64,000 nucleotides of DNA, taken from Parasphingorhabdus sp. (GTDB lineage Bacteria; Pseudomonadota; Alphaproteobacteria; Sphingomonadales; Sphingomonadaceae). Below, one piece after another: positions 10,779 to 20,061 of this stretch. The stretch's first letter is position 1. Each line of letters begins with the position of its first letter. The notes below the pieces were generated by a model that was not told where the DNA came from, made no database searches, and saw only the letters and a list, made by a program, of their open reading frames with translations. Location of the stretch: the NCBI RefSeq assembly GCF_037621005.1, contig NZ_JASJLB010000001.1. One strand, written 5' to 3'. The position numbers and the translations under genes are program-made.

Positions 10779-11450
10779 CTAGTGACCGGTAACCCCGTGC
10801 CAGATTATGCGCACAGCGTTAGCCGGACGATAGAGATTAGCAGTCAGTTGGTTTTTTTTAACATCGCGAATCATCAGCTTGCAAAGGATTGAGAGTGGTC
10901 GTCCGCTTCCGTTAAAATTGGGTTGCAGCTTAGATGACATGATTTCGGTGCAGCGGTCGAACGCAGACCGCCGCATGTTGGCATCAGAACAATGGCGAGC
11001 AAAATCCCATAACGCCCAGGCCATGCTCAGTTCGGTTTGACCTTCGCTCAGTGGTTTTCCACCCGCCAAACCAAATTCGAACAGTCCGCAACCGCGGGCA
11101 GTGGCATAATTGTCGAAGTTACGATCCTGCCAGGGAAAATCATCGAGCATCACTTCCCACCCATCGAGCAAATTTAAGAGCGGAGCGAGGTTTTCTCCGC
11201 GGTCTTCGAGCCGATTAATTTGCTCGACCAGCGGTTCGCCTGCCGGCCTTTCTGCCGCAGGTTTAGTTAAAATATCCCGCCACCATGTTAACCGTATCTG
11301 TCCGATCAATATTTCCGTTGTCGAGCGGACAATCTCTGCGAACCGCGCATCGAGCGAAAAAAGCAAAGCATAGCGATCACGGTCCTCAGACCCTGCATAG
11401 GCTACAATCAACCGTTGTAGCGGCTCCAGTTCTTGCAGCGCATCACTCAT
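10779..11450 (-). CDS. Squalene/phytoene synthase family protein (NDUFAF6-like, short form)
   Basis: 223 aa. ...LDARFAEIVRSTTEILIGQIRLTWWRDIL... matches my recollection of the conserved RLxWWRD helix of this family. No searchable confirmation. Confidence 0.55.
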   Translation of the reverse strand: MSDALQELEPLQRLIVAYAGSEDRDRYALLFSLDARFAEIVRSTTEILIGQIRLTWWRDILTKPAAERPAGEPLVEQINRLEDRGENLAPLLNLLDGWEVMLDDFPWQDRNFDNYATARGCGLFEFGLAGGKPLSEGQTELSMAWALWDFARHCSDANMRRSAFDRCTEIMSSKLQPNFNGSGRPLSILCKLMIRDVKKNQLTANLYRPANAVRIIWHGVTGH

Positions 11451-12212
11451 AACGCCGCGGTCGGGAGTTTTCTTGGCAAAATCAAGGTAAACTTCGCCTT
11501 AACCATAACTGTTTGGCCGCCTCTAACCCTTTTTCTCGTATCTGGCACATTCGAAATCGTCGATCGGCTCAGGAATCTTCCGATAGTCGAAGTCACAAGT
11601 GGTCTCGCACTGCTTGAGTTTGCTTTCACAGCACCGGCAATGCTGCTTATCGGCCTGACTGGAATGGAAACCGCGAATCTCGCCGTCGCCCATCTGCAAG
11701 TCAGCCAAATCGCAATGCTCGTCGAGGACAATGCATCGCGTGTGCGCTCCTCTATCGATGAGGCCGATATTCGTGAGATATTTAACGGCGCCCATCTGAC
11801 AGGCAAGGCGATCGATTTTTCTCCCAACGCATGCATCATTCTCTCCTATCTGGAGTAAAATGGCGAAAGCGGGTCCTCCGCGGACCAATGGATACGCTGG
11901 CAGCGCTGCTGCGGCGGCAATGCATGCTCTGTATCTTCCTATGGCGAGGAAAATGACGGAAAAAACGACTCCAGCCTGGCCGCGGGCATCGGACCGACCG
12001 GAAATAAAATATTGGCATCCGGATCGACTGCGGTCAATTTCGCCGAAGTCATTTACGATTATCAACCTCTGGTTTCAGACAGGTTTTTTGGGGATACGGT
12101 CATCCGCTATCAAAGCGCCTTTGTCGTGCGTGAGCGGAATGACCACGCGCTAAAAAATGCCAGTTCCATACCGAGCAGCGAGCTGTGGAAATGCAACGTC
12201 TATGGCAGATAG
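11433..12212 (+). pseudogene. TadE/TadG-like pseudopilin gene interrupted by an in-frame TAA (11856-11858)
   Basis: The plus frame contains SGLALLEFAFTAPAMLLIGLTGMETANL, the TadE-like signature G-x-A-x-x-EFA-x-x-x-P...G..E. After the single TAA the same frame stays open for ~117 more codons to TAG 12210-12212. It ends ...AEVIYDYQPLVSDRFFGDTVIRYQSAFVVRER, which resembles TadE-family C-termini. The only in-frame start before the motif is TTG 11433, which overlaps the divergent gene. Confidence 0.55.
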
Positions 12213-12268
12213 AAAATCCGCCCAGCTAAGCCGTCAGACCAGAAAGTAAGGCGTCATCCGTTTCCGAT

Positions 12269-13654
12269 CTATTTATAGCAGACCTTTTTTACAGCCGCGA
12301 TGATCCGCGCGCTGTCGATCAGCGCTGCTTTCTCCAGATTGGCCGCATAAGGCAGCGGGACATCTTCATTGGTCACCCGCAGCACCGGAGCGTCGAGATC
12401 ATCGAATCCGTGCTCCATGCATAAGGAAATGATCTCGCTCGAAATCGAACAGGTCGGCCAGCCTTCTTCGGCAATGACCATCCGGTTTGTTTTGGTCAGA
12501 CTCTGCAATATCGTTTCCCTATCCAGCGGTCGCAACGTGCGCAAATCGATGACTTCCGCTTCTATGCCTTCGCCGGCCAGACTATCTGCCGCTTCCAGCG
12601 CCAGACCGACGCCGATAGAATAGCTGACAATCGTAACATCGCCGCCTTCGCGCATAATCCGCGCCTTGCCAATCGGCAGAGTATAATCCTCAATCTCGGG
12701 CACTTCGAATGACCGGCCGTAGAGCAGTTCATTTTCCAGAAATACGACGGGATCGGAAGACTGAATCGCTGCTTTTAGCAAGCCTTTGGCATCCGCCGCA
12801 TCATAAGGCGCTATAACGATCAGGCCGGGAACCGCCGCATACCATGGGGCGTAATTCTGACTATGCTGCGCACCCACCCGGGAGGCTGCGCCATTGGGAC
12901 CACGGAAGACAATCGGACAGCGCATCTGGCCGCCGGACATATAATTGGTCTTGGCGGCCGAATTGATGATCTGGTCGATCGCCTGCATAGCAAAATTGAA
13001 GGTCATGAATTCGACAATCGGCTTCAGACCACCCATGGCCGCGCCGGCGCCAATGCCGGCGAAACCATGTTCGGTAATCGGCGTATCAATCACCCGTTTC
13101 GGGCCAAATTCGTCGAGCAGACCCTGGGTAACCTTGTAAGCGCCCTGATATTCCGCGACCTCTTCGCCCATCACAAAGACCGTGTCGTCCTTGCGCATTT
13201 CCTCAGCCATGGCATCGCGCAACGCTTCCCGAACGGTGACCGAGACCAAGGCGGTGCCAGCAGGCACGGACGGGTCATCGGCGCGGAAAATTGGAACCGG
13301 TGGTGAGGTTTCTATGATTTCAGGCTTCGCTTCTTCCGCCGGTTCGGGAGTGGCAATTTCCTTCGATGCGCTGGCGGATTCCGCATCAGCAGCTGGGCCA
13401 GTCTCCTCATCTTCTCCGACCATTTCGGCAATGACCGTGCCAACCGCAACTTCGTCAGTTCCCGCCGCAATCAAAATTTTCGTGATCACGCCTTCGTCGA
13501 TCGCTTCAAATTCCATCGTTGCCTTGTCGGTTTCGATTTCCGCCAATATGTCTCCGGAAGTGACTGTATCACCTTCCTTGACGAACCATTTGGCCAGCGT
13601 GCCTTCTTCCATGGTTGGCGACAGAGCGGGCATTTTTAGTTGGATCGCCATCAA
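12269..13654 (-). CDS. pdhB: Pyruvate dehydrogenase E1 component beta subunit with N-terminal lipoyl domain
   Basis: 461 aa. Lipoyl-attachment motif [13 protein letters not shown], an Ala/Pro/Glu linker, then the transketolase-like E1-beta core. 4-nt overlap with pdhA. Confidence 0.95.
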   Translation of the reverse strand: MMAIQLKMPALSPTMEEGTLAKWFVKEGDTVTSGDILAEIETDKATMEFEAIDEGVITKILIAAGTDEVAVGTVIAEMVGEDEETGPAADAESASASKEIATPEPAEEAKPEIIETSPPVPIFRADDPSVPAGTALVSVTVREALRDAMAEEMRKDDTVFVMGEEVAEYQGAYKVTQGLLDEFGPKRVIDTPITEHGFAGIGAGAAMGGLKPIVEFMTFNFAMQAIDQIINSAAKTNYMSGGQMRCPIVFRGPNGAASRVGAQHSQNYAPWYAAVPGLIVIAPYDAADAKGLLKAAIQSSDPVVFLENELLYGRSFEVPEIEDYTLPIGKARIMREGGDVTIVSYSIGVGLALEAADSLAGEGIEAEVIDLRTLRPLDRETILQSLTKTNRMVIAEEGWPTCSISSEIISLCMEHGFDDLDAPVLRVTNEDVPLPYAANLEKAALIDSARIIAAVKKVCYK

Positions 13655-14736
13655 TATTGCTCCACCAGAACGTTGGTATAAAGTTCGGACAGCTCCGGTT
13701 CTGGAGATTCCTCGGCAAAGTCAGCCGCTTCCATCACCGTCTTGCGGACCTTTTTGTCCAGCGCTTTCAAATCCTCCTCTTTCACTCCTTCTTTCAGCAA
13801 GGCTGCTTTCAAACGTTCGATCGGATCGGATTTCTCACGCACATCCTGTACTTCGTCACGGCTGCGATATTTAGCCGGATCAGACATGGAGTGGCCGCGA
13901 TAGCGATAGGTTTTAAGCTCCATCAACACCGGGCCACCGCCGCCGCGCACATCCTTCAACACTTCTTCTACTGCAACGCGGACGGCCAGCACATCCATGC
14001 CATCCACTTGCACGCCGGGAATGCGAAAACTCTCGCCGCGCCGGTAAAGCTGATCTTCGGCGGAGGAGCGGTTGACGCTCGTGCCCATGGCATATTGGTT
14101 ATTCTCGATCACGAAGATCACCGGCAACTGCCAGAGCTCCGCCATGTTGAAACTTTCGTAGACCTGCCCCTGATTGGAAGCCCCGTCGCCGAAATAGGCC
14201 AGGCAGACGCCGCCATCTTCTTTATATTTATGGGCAAAGGCCAGACCGGTGCCAAGCGAGACCTGCGCGCCGACAATGCCGTGACCGCCATAAAAACCGT
14301 GGTCGACCGAGAACATGTGCATCGAACCGCCCTTGCCTTTCGAAATGCCGGACGCGCGGCCGGTAAGTTCCGCCATCACAATATTTGGGTCAATGCCGCA
14401 GGCCAGCATATGACCATGATCGCGATAGCCGGTGATCACGCTGTCCTTGCCGGGGTTGATCGCCGATTGCAGGCCTGTAACGACCGCTTCCTGACCGATA
14501 TAGAGATGACAAAATCCGCCGATCAGGCCAAGACCATAGAGCTGCCCCGCCTTTTCCTCGAAGCGGCGGATGAGCAGCATCTGCTCATAGAAGTCCAGCA
14601 TCTCTGCCTTGGTTGCATTGTAAATCGGCGCCTTAAGTCCGCCCGTGGAATGCACCACCGGCTTGACTTTGGCTGGTGCGCGCTTAGGCGCAGCAGGTTT
14701 TTTGGCTGGGGCGGTTTTCCGGGGAGCTTTTGCCAC
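13651..14736 (-). CDS. pdhA: Pyruvate dehydrogenase E1 component alpha subunit
   Basis: 361 aa with a GTG start. TPP-binding motif [17 protein letters not shown] and a Lys/Pro-rich N-terminus typical of alphaproteobacterial PdhA. Confidence 0.95.
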   Translation of the reverse strand: MAKAPRKTAPAKKPAAPKRAPAKVKPVVHSTGGLKAPIYNATKAEMLDFYEQMLLIRRFEEKAGQLYGLGLIGGFCHLYIGQEAVVTGLQSAINPGKDSVITGYRDHGHMLACGIDPNIVMAELTGRASGISKGKGGSMHMFSVDHGFYGGHGIVGAQVSLGTGLAFAHKYKEDGGVCLAYFGDGASNQGQVYESFNMAELWQLPVIFVIENNQYAMGTSVNRSSAEDQLYRRGESFRIPGVQVDGMDVLAVRVAVEEVLKDVRGGGGPVLMELKTYRYRGHSMSDPAKYRSRDEVQDVREKSDPIERLKAALLKEGVKEEDLKALDKKVRKTVMEAADFAEESPEPELSELYTNVLVEQY

Positions 14737-14853
14737 GCGAGCGGGATCCTTTTTTTAACGAGCCGATAGCATAGCCAAAACTGCTCCGTTACCCAAGCAC
14801 TTAGACTCAGTCAAAGACTGGAATTTGTGATCGTCGCTTGAAACAGCCGAACG

Positions 14854-15165
14854 CTATTTCAACGGAATGATAATCTCGTCAGGATGAACAACATTGACCT
14901 TATTGCGCAGAAGTTCACCGATCAAATCCGGATCAGCGCCCCGCGGATCCAGCAGCTCTACCCGGTTCTTCAAAGAATCGCGTTCGGATTCCAGCTTGGA
15001 TAGCTCGATCCCCCGCGTTTCCAGTTTTGCCTGATATTCGCCCCATGCCAAAACCCCGGTTGGTCCGAGCACGGCATAGCCCGCGATGCCAAGCAAAGTC
15101 ATTAATGCAAATCCGGGCCCGAGAGCAGCTCTTATCAAACCTGAAATTTTTTCGCGTTGCGCCAT
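14854..15165 (-). CDS. ftsB: Septum formation initiator FtsB/DivIC family protein
   Basis: 103 aa with one N-terminal TM helix followed by a coiled coil (LETRGIELSKLESERDSLKNRVELL). The position between eno and pdhA is a common alphaproteobacterial arrangement. Confidence 0.85.
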   Translation of the reverse strand: MAQREKISGLIRAALGPGFALMTLLGIAGYAVLGPTGVLAWGEYQAKLETRGIELSKLESERDSLKNRVELLDPRGADPDLIGELLRNKVNVVHPDEIIIPLK

Positions 15166-15266
15166 AGATTTACCTTGAATCAGAAAAATGATTCGCTGGC
15201 AAGAGCCTTAATAACCAATTTGGAAGTTCAGCACCCCAACACTCGCCAAAAACGAGGAGCTGGCGA

Positions 15267-16580
<1,314 letters not shown>

Positions 16581-16747
16581 TTATCGCGATGACCGGCTTC
16601 TTGCAATCCATTGCACCGCTTTTATCGTCGCCTTGCCTCTTGATTCAAAGCAAAATGATCCCATTTCGAGTATAAGTGGAGCCACAAATAGGGCGCCTTC
16701 CGCTTGTGGAATGTTGGCAAGAGACAAATTAAGAAGGAATATTGATC

Positions 16748-17284
16748 ATGGCAGAAGTCAAGAAACCAACCATAAAGTCGACGACAAAAGCCGCTGCAAA
16801 GAAACCGGCCGCGAAGAAAGCGGCAACCAAAAAGACTGCGCCCCAAAAAGACACATCGGAAACGCGCACAACAAAAGCGCAAAAAGCTGCTCCGCTGAAA
16901 GCCGGCGCGACCAAAGCTGCGGCAACGAAGAAAGACACCACGGGTGATTTCAAGGATCGCGCCCTGACAAAAGCAAAATCGGCCGCCAGCCAAGGCAAGG
17001 AACGCACAGGCAATGCGATCGAGAATCTGAGCAAGATAATCGAAGATAGTGCAAAAACCATCGACGACAATGTCGGCGAAAAATATGGCGACTATGCCCG
17101 TTCGGCAGCGGACGCCGTGTCCTCCTTTGCGGAGAAGCTCAACGCCAAAGAAATTGATGAAATGGTTGAAGACGCGCGCGGCTTTGTTCGGAAAAGTCCG
17201 GCAGTGGCCATCGGCGCAGCAGCCGTGGTAGGATTTCTGGTATCCCGACTTATCAAATCAGGGATGGATGATCGCGACGCATGA
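16748..17284 (+). CDS. YqjD/ElaB-like (DUF883) tail-anchored protein with Lys/Ala-rich N-terminal tail
   Basis: The C-terminus VRKSPAVAIGAAAVVGFLVSRLIK is the DUF883-type tail anchor. The N-terminal ~65 aa are AKKPAAKKAATKK-type repeats. ATG 16748 is preferred over track TTG 16742 because AAGGAA lies 8 nt upstream. Confidence 0.7.
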   Translation: MAEVKKPTIKSTTKAAAKKPAAKKAATKKTAPQKDTSETRTTKAQKAAPLKAGATKAAATKKDTTGDFKDRALTKAKSAASQGKERTGNAIENLSKIIEDSAKTIDDNVGEKYGDYARSAADAVSSFAEKLNAKEIDEMVEDARGFVRKSPAVAIGAAAVVGFLVSRLIKSGMDDRDA

Positions 17285-17319
17285 GTGTAGCATGGCGCCA
17301 CCATATCAGCGGGTGACGA

Positions 17320-17730
17320 ATGTTGCAGGACAATGATATTCCAGTTTTGGATGAAGAGCCTCTTCCCGGCGAGGCCGCAGCTTCTGTTGCGGGTGAAACG
17401 GAAGCCAAGTCTCTGACGTCACAGGTCACCAACCTGATTGAGGACGTGCGCATATTGGCCCATGCCGAAGTCGAATATTATGTTGCTAAACTTTCGATCA
17501 ATATGGCGGCGACCAAGCGCGTTTTAACACTCTTTGGGATGGCAATCTTGTTCGGATCAATGGCAATCATAGCCCTTATCCTGGGAGTATTACTGGTCCT
17601 GTCGGATTATCTTGGCCCGTCGGCGGCGACAGCAATCGTTACGGGGTCGGCCCTGCTGGTTGCCACGATCACGATGAGCATGGCAATCAAACGGGCGAGA
17701 AAGCTGCCACTGGACGAAAATGATATGTGA
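17320..17730 (+). CDS. YqjE-like / Holin-X family (phage holin superfamily III-like) membrane protein
   Basis: 136 aa. An amphipathic segment (LIEDVRILAHAEVEYYVAKL) is followed by two TM helices, matching the YqjE layout next to a YqjD-like gene. Confidence 0.65.
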   Translation: MLQDNDIPVLDEEPLPGEAAASVAGETEAKSLTSQVTNLIEDVRILAHAEVEYYVAKLSINMAATKRVLTLFGMAILFGSMAIIALILGVLLVLSDYLGPSAATAIVTGSALLVATITMSMAIKRARKLPLDENDM

Positions 17731-18053
17731 GAATGATGATGCCGAGAAAAAATGACAAGATATTAAACCTGCGCAACCTAGCGATCGACCGGGATCAGGC
17801 GCTCGCAAATCTGAGGAAGGATACGGCCGAGACCAGGAAGCGGTTGAAACCGGCCAATCTGATAACAGAAGCAAAGAGCAAATTCGCAAGGCGCGTCCAG
17901 AAAACCGGAGCACGCGCAATCAACGTAGTCCGGGTCAATCCGGGCCTCACCGCAACCGTAGCAGCGACCGCGACTCTGATCGCGATGCGCAAACCGATTG
18001 CCAAGCTTATAGCCAACCGCAAAATATCCGAGCCGAATCCAATCGAGGAATAG
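17727..18053 (+). CDS. Hypothetical small protein (YqjK-like position and architecture)
   Basis: 108 aa. GTGA start/stop overlap with the preceding gene. A basic coiled segment is followed by a hydrophobic stretch (GLTATVAATATLIAM). The call is positional only. Confidence 0.5.
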   Translation: MRMMMPRKNDKILNLRNLAIDRDQALANLRKDTAETRKRLKPANLITEAKSKFARRVQKTGARAINVVRVNPGLTATVAATATLIAMRKPIAKLIANRKISEPNPIEE

Positions 18054-18056
18054 ACT

Positions 18057-18596
18057 ATGAACAAACTGACCGACAATATTGACAAAGCCCGCGCCGCATC
18101 CCGGGAACGGCTCGAAACGGCTAGAGAAATTGCTACCGAAGGTTCTCTCGTCGCCCGCGAAAAAATGTCCGAAAGCAAAGCACGGGCTGCAGCCATGCTT
18201 GGTGAAGGACGTGAAAAAGCCGCTGAAAGCATTGCAGCCACCAAGGATGCGGCGAAAAAGGCCGTGGCCAAATCCGAAGAAACCATTTCCAACAGCCCGC
18301 TGGCGATTGTCGCCGGTGGTGCCGCCCTGGGTGTCCTGATCGGGATGCTGCTGCCGAAAAGCAAAACCGAAGAAAAGTATGTCGGCGGCGCCGGTCGCAA
18401 GGTCAACGAAACCGCAAAAACCGCTTATCAAGCCGCCAAGGATGCGAGTCGCGACCAGATCGGTGAACTGGGTCTGAGCAATGACAATATGCGCGCGCAG
18501 TTCAAAGATCTGTTTGGCAAAGCCATCGAGGCTGCTAAGGCCGCGATGACCGCAGCACAGGATGCGGTGAAAGAAGAACATCAGGGCAAAAAATGA
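18057..18596 (+). CDS. Hypothetical Ala/Lys/Glu-rich protein with a central TM helix
   Basis: 179 aa. Helical low-complexity sequence flanks SPLAIVAGGAALGVLIGMLL. It starts 3 nt after the previous stop. Confidence 0.55.
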   Translation: MNKLTDNIDKARAASRERLETAREIATEGSLVAREKMSESKARAAAMLGEGREKAAESIAATKDAAKKAVAKSEETISNSPLAIVAGGAALGVLIGMLLPKSKTEEKYVGGAGRKVNETAKTAYQAAKDASRDQIGELGLSNDNMRAQFKDLFGKAIEAAKAAMTAAQDAVKEEHQGKK

Positions 18597-18829
18597 GCGA
18601 ACAACGCAGCAAAATTCATCTGGTGATGGGCGGACGGGTCAAGGATCCACGCGGAGTGGAGTTCGTCAACCTCGACAAGATGGATCTGGTCGGAGTCTAT
18701 CCTGACTATGATGCAGCCGAGGATGCCTGGCGTTCAAAAGCCCAGATGACGGTCGATGATGCCGAGATGAAATATGTTGTCGTCCATTTACACAGGCTGC
18801 TCGAACCCGACCTTCCGGACGAAGCCTAG
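18593..18829 (+). CDS. DUF4170-like small protein
   Basis: 78 aa. HLVMGGRVKDPRGVEF...VGVYPDYDAAEDAWRSKAQMTVDDAEMKYVVVHLHRLLEP matches my recollection of the DUF4170 family, which is restricted to alphaproteobacteria. ATGA overlap with the preceding gene. Confidence 0.6.
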   Translation: MSEQRSKIHLVMGGRVKDPRGVEFVNLDKMDLVGVYPDYDAAEDAWRSKAQMTVDDAEMKYVVVHLHRLLEPDLPDEA

Positions 18830-19467
18830 GCGCTCCTAAAACGCCATCCGAGCAATGGTCTGGTGAGCAGCAGCCCCGCAACAAATCCGCCAATATGCGC
18901 GAATATTGCGATACCCTGGAGGTTCCCGCTGGTGGCCACACCGATCATCAGCTGAATGCCGATCCATGCGAGGGTCAGCCAAACGATGCGCACGACATAG
19001 CCCGGAATCGGCCCGACAGCATCAACCCGGTTGCGCGCGAATAGCAGCGCATAGGCGCCCAATATCGCAGAAATCGCGCCGCTCGCGCCGACCATCGGAA
19101 TCATGGAACCGCTGTCGACAGCATATTGCGCAAAGGCCGCCGCATAGGCGCCGACGACATAGAGGATCGCCATCAGCCCCGGCCCCATCGCCTGCTCGAC
19201 AAACCGACCGCAAAACAAAAGTATTAGCATGTTGAAACTGATGTGGAGCAGCCCGCTGTGCAAAAAAGCCGAGGAAAGCGGTGTCAACCAGGCGGGCACC
19301 AGCCAGCCATAGGCTGTCAGATCAAGTGCTTCTCCGCTCAGCCGGATTGGGAACATACCGCCGCGCAGCAGCGCTTCCTGCTGCCAGCCGAAAATCCAGA
19401 TTACCATAAAGATTGCGACATTGACGATGATCAGCCCGTTGGACAGTTTTCCAGCTGGCATATTCAT
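18826..19467 (-). CDS. Rhomboid family intramembrane serine protease
   Basis: 213 aa, polytopic. Catalytic GASGAISAILGAY and the HIGGFVAG His motif. Confidence 0.88.
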   Translation of the reverse strand: MNMPAGKLSNGLIIVNVAIFMVIWIFGWQQEALLRGGMFPIRLSGEALDLTAYGWLVPAWLTPLSSAFLHSGLLHISFNMLILLFCGRFVEQAMGPGLMAILYVVGAYAAAFAQYAVDSGSMIPMVGASGAISAILGAYALLFARNRVDAVGPIPGYVVRIVWLTLAWIGIQLMIGVATSGNLQGIAIFAHIGGFVAGLLLTRPLLGWRFRSA

Positions 19468-19472
19468 CCGAT

Positions 19473-19946
19473 CTAGATGAACTCGATCTTCTCGAGCAGG
19501 AAATATTTGTCGCCAGACGGCACGGTCACTTCGATATCGTCGCCGACACTGCGGCCGATCAAAGCCCGGCCTATAGGTGAATTATAGCTGATCATGCCCG
19601 CCTTGGCATCGGCTTCGGCCTGACCCACCAGCTGATATTTTACCGCCTTGTCATTTTCGTCGCGCAAGGTCAGCGTCGCGCCAAATACAGCCTTGTCCCC
19701 GGACAATGTCTTGGGGTCAATGACCTGGGCGCGGGACAGCTTGTCTTCGAGATCGCCGATTGTTGCCTCTACCTGGCCTTGCCGTTCCTTGGCGGCATGA
19801 TATTCGGCATTTTCCGACAGATCACCATGGGCACGCGCGGTTTCGATCGCGTCGACAATGATCGGACGCTCCAGTTTTAGCGCCTTGAGTTCGGCTTCCA
19901 TCTTTACATGGCCTTCGGCCAGCATTGGTACTTTTTCAACAGCCAT
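19473..19946 (-). CDS. greA: Transcription elongation factor GreA
   Basis: 157 aa. Coiled-coil N-domain with the [16 protein letters not shown] motif and a GreA C-domain. Confidence 0.96.
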   Translation of the reverse strand: MAVEKVPMLAEGHVKMEAELKALKLERPIIVDAIETARAHGDLSENAEYHAAKERQGQVEATIGDLEDKLSRAQVIDPKTLSGDKAVFGATLTLRDENDKAVKYQLVGQAEADAKAGMISYNSPIGRALIGRSVGDDIEVTVPSGDKYFLLEKIEFI

Positions 19947-20061
19947 TAGATTGGCCCTTCCTTACTGATACGCTACCGATTTCAGCCGTGCAGCGTCAAA
20001 AACAGTTTTCCGGCGTCCCCTTTTGCAAAGGCCGCCCGCAGTGTGACAAAATGTCGGAAAA

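Noticed and set aside
11523-12065. 180-aa Cys-rich minus-strand ORF, the longest ORF in this interval in the track
   Set aside because: It lies in the exact antisense codon phase of the plus-strand frame that carries a clear TadE-like signature. It has no recognisable family, signal peptide or motif, and it spans the TAA that interrupts the plus frame. I treat it as a shadow ORF of the TadE-like pseudogene.
13615-14769. 384-aa plus-strand ORF
   Set aside because: Fully antisense to pdhA, which has unambiguous TPP-binding motifs. The translation is low-complexity (His/Arg/Ala/Gly-rich), as is typical of antisense frames in GC-rich genes.
17778-18581. 267-aa and 203-aa minus-strand ORFs over the small-protein operon
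   Set aside because: They are antisense to three to four short plus-strand genes that have coherent TM and tail-anchor architecture and coupled start/stop junctions. The minus-strand translations are repetitive Gly/Phe/Arg/Ala strings.
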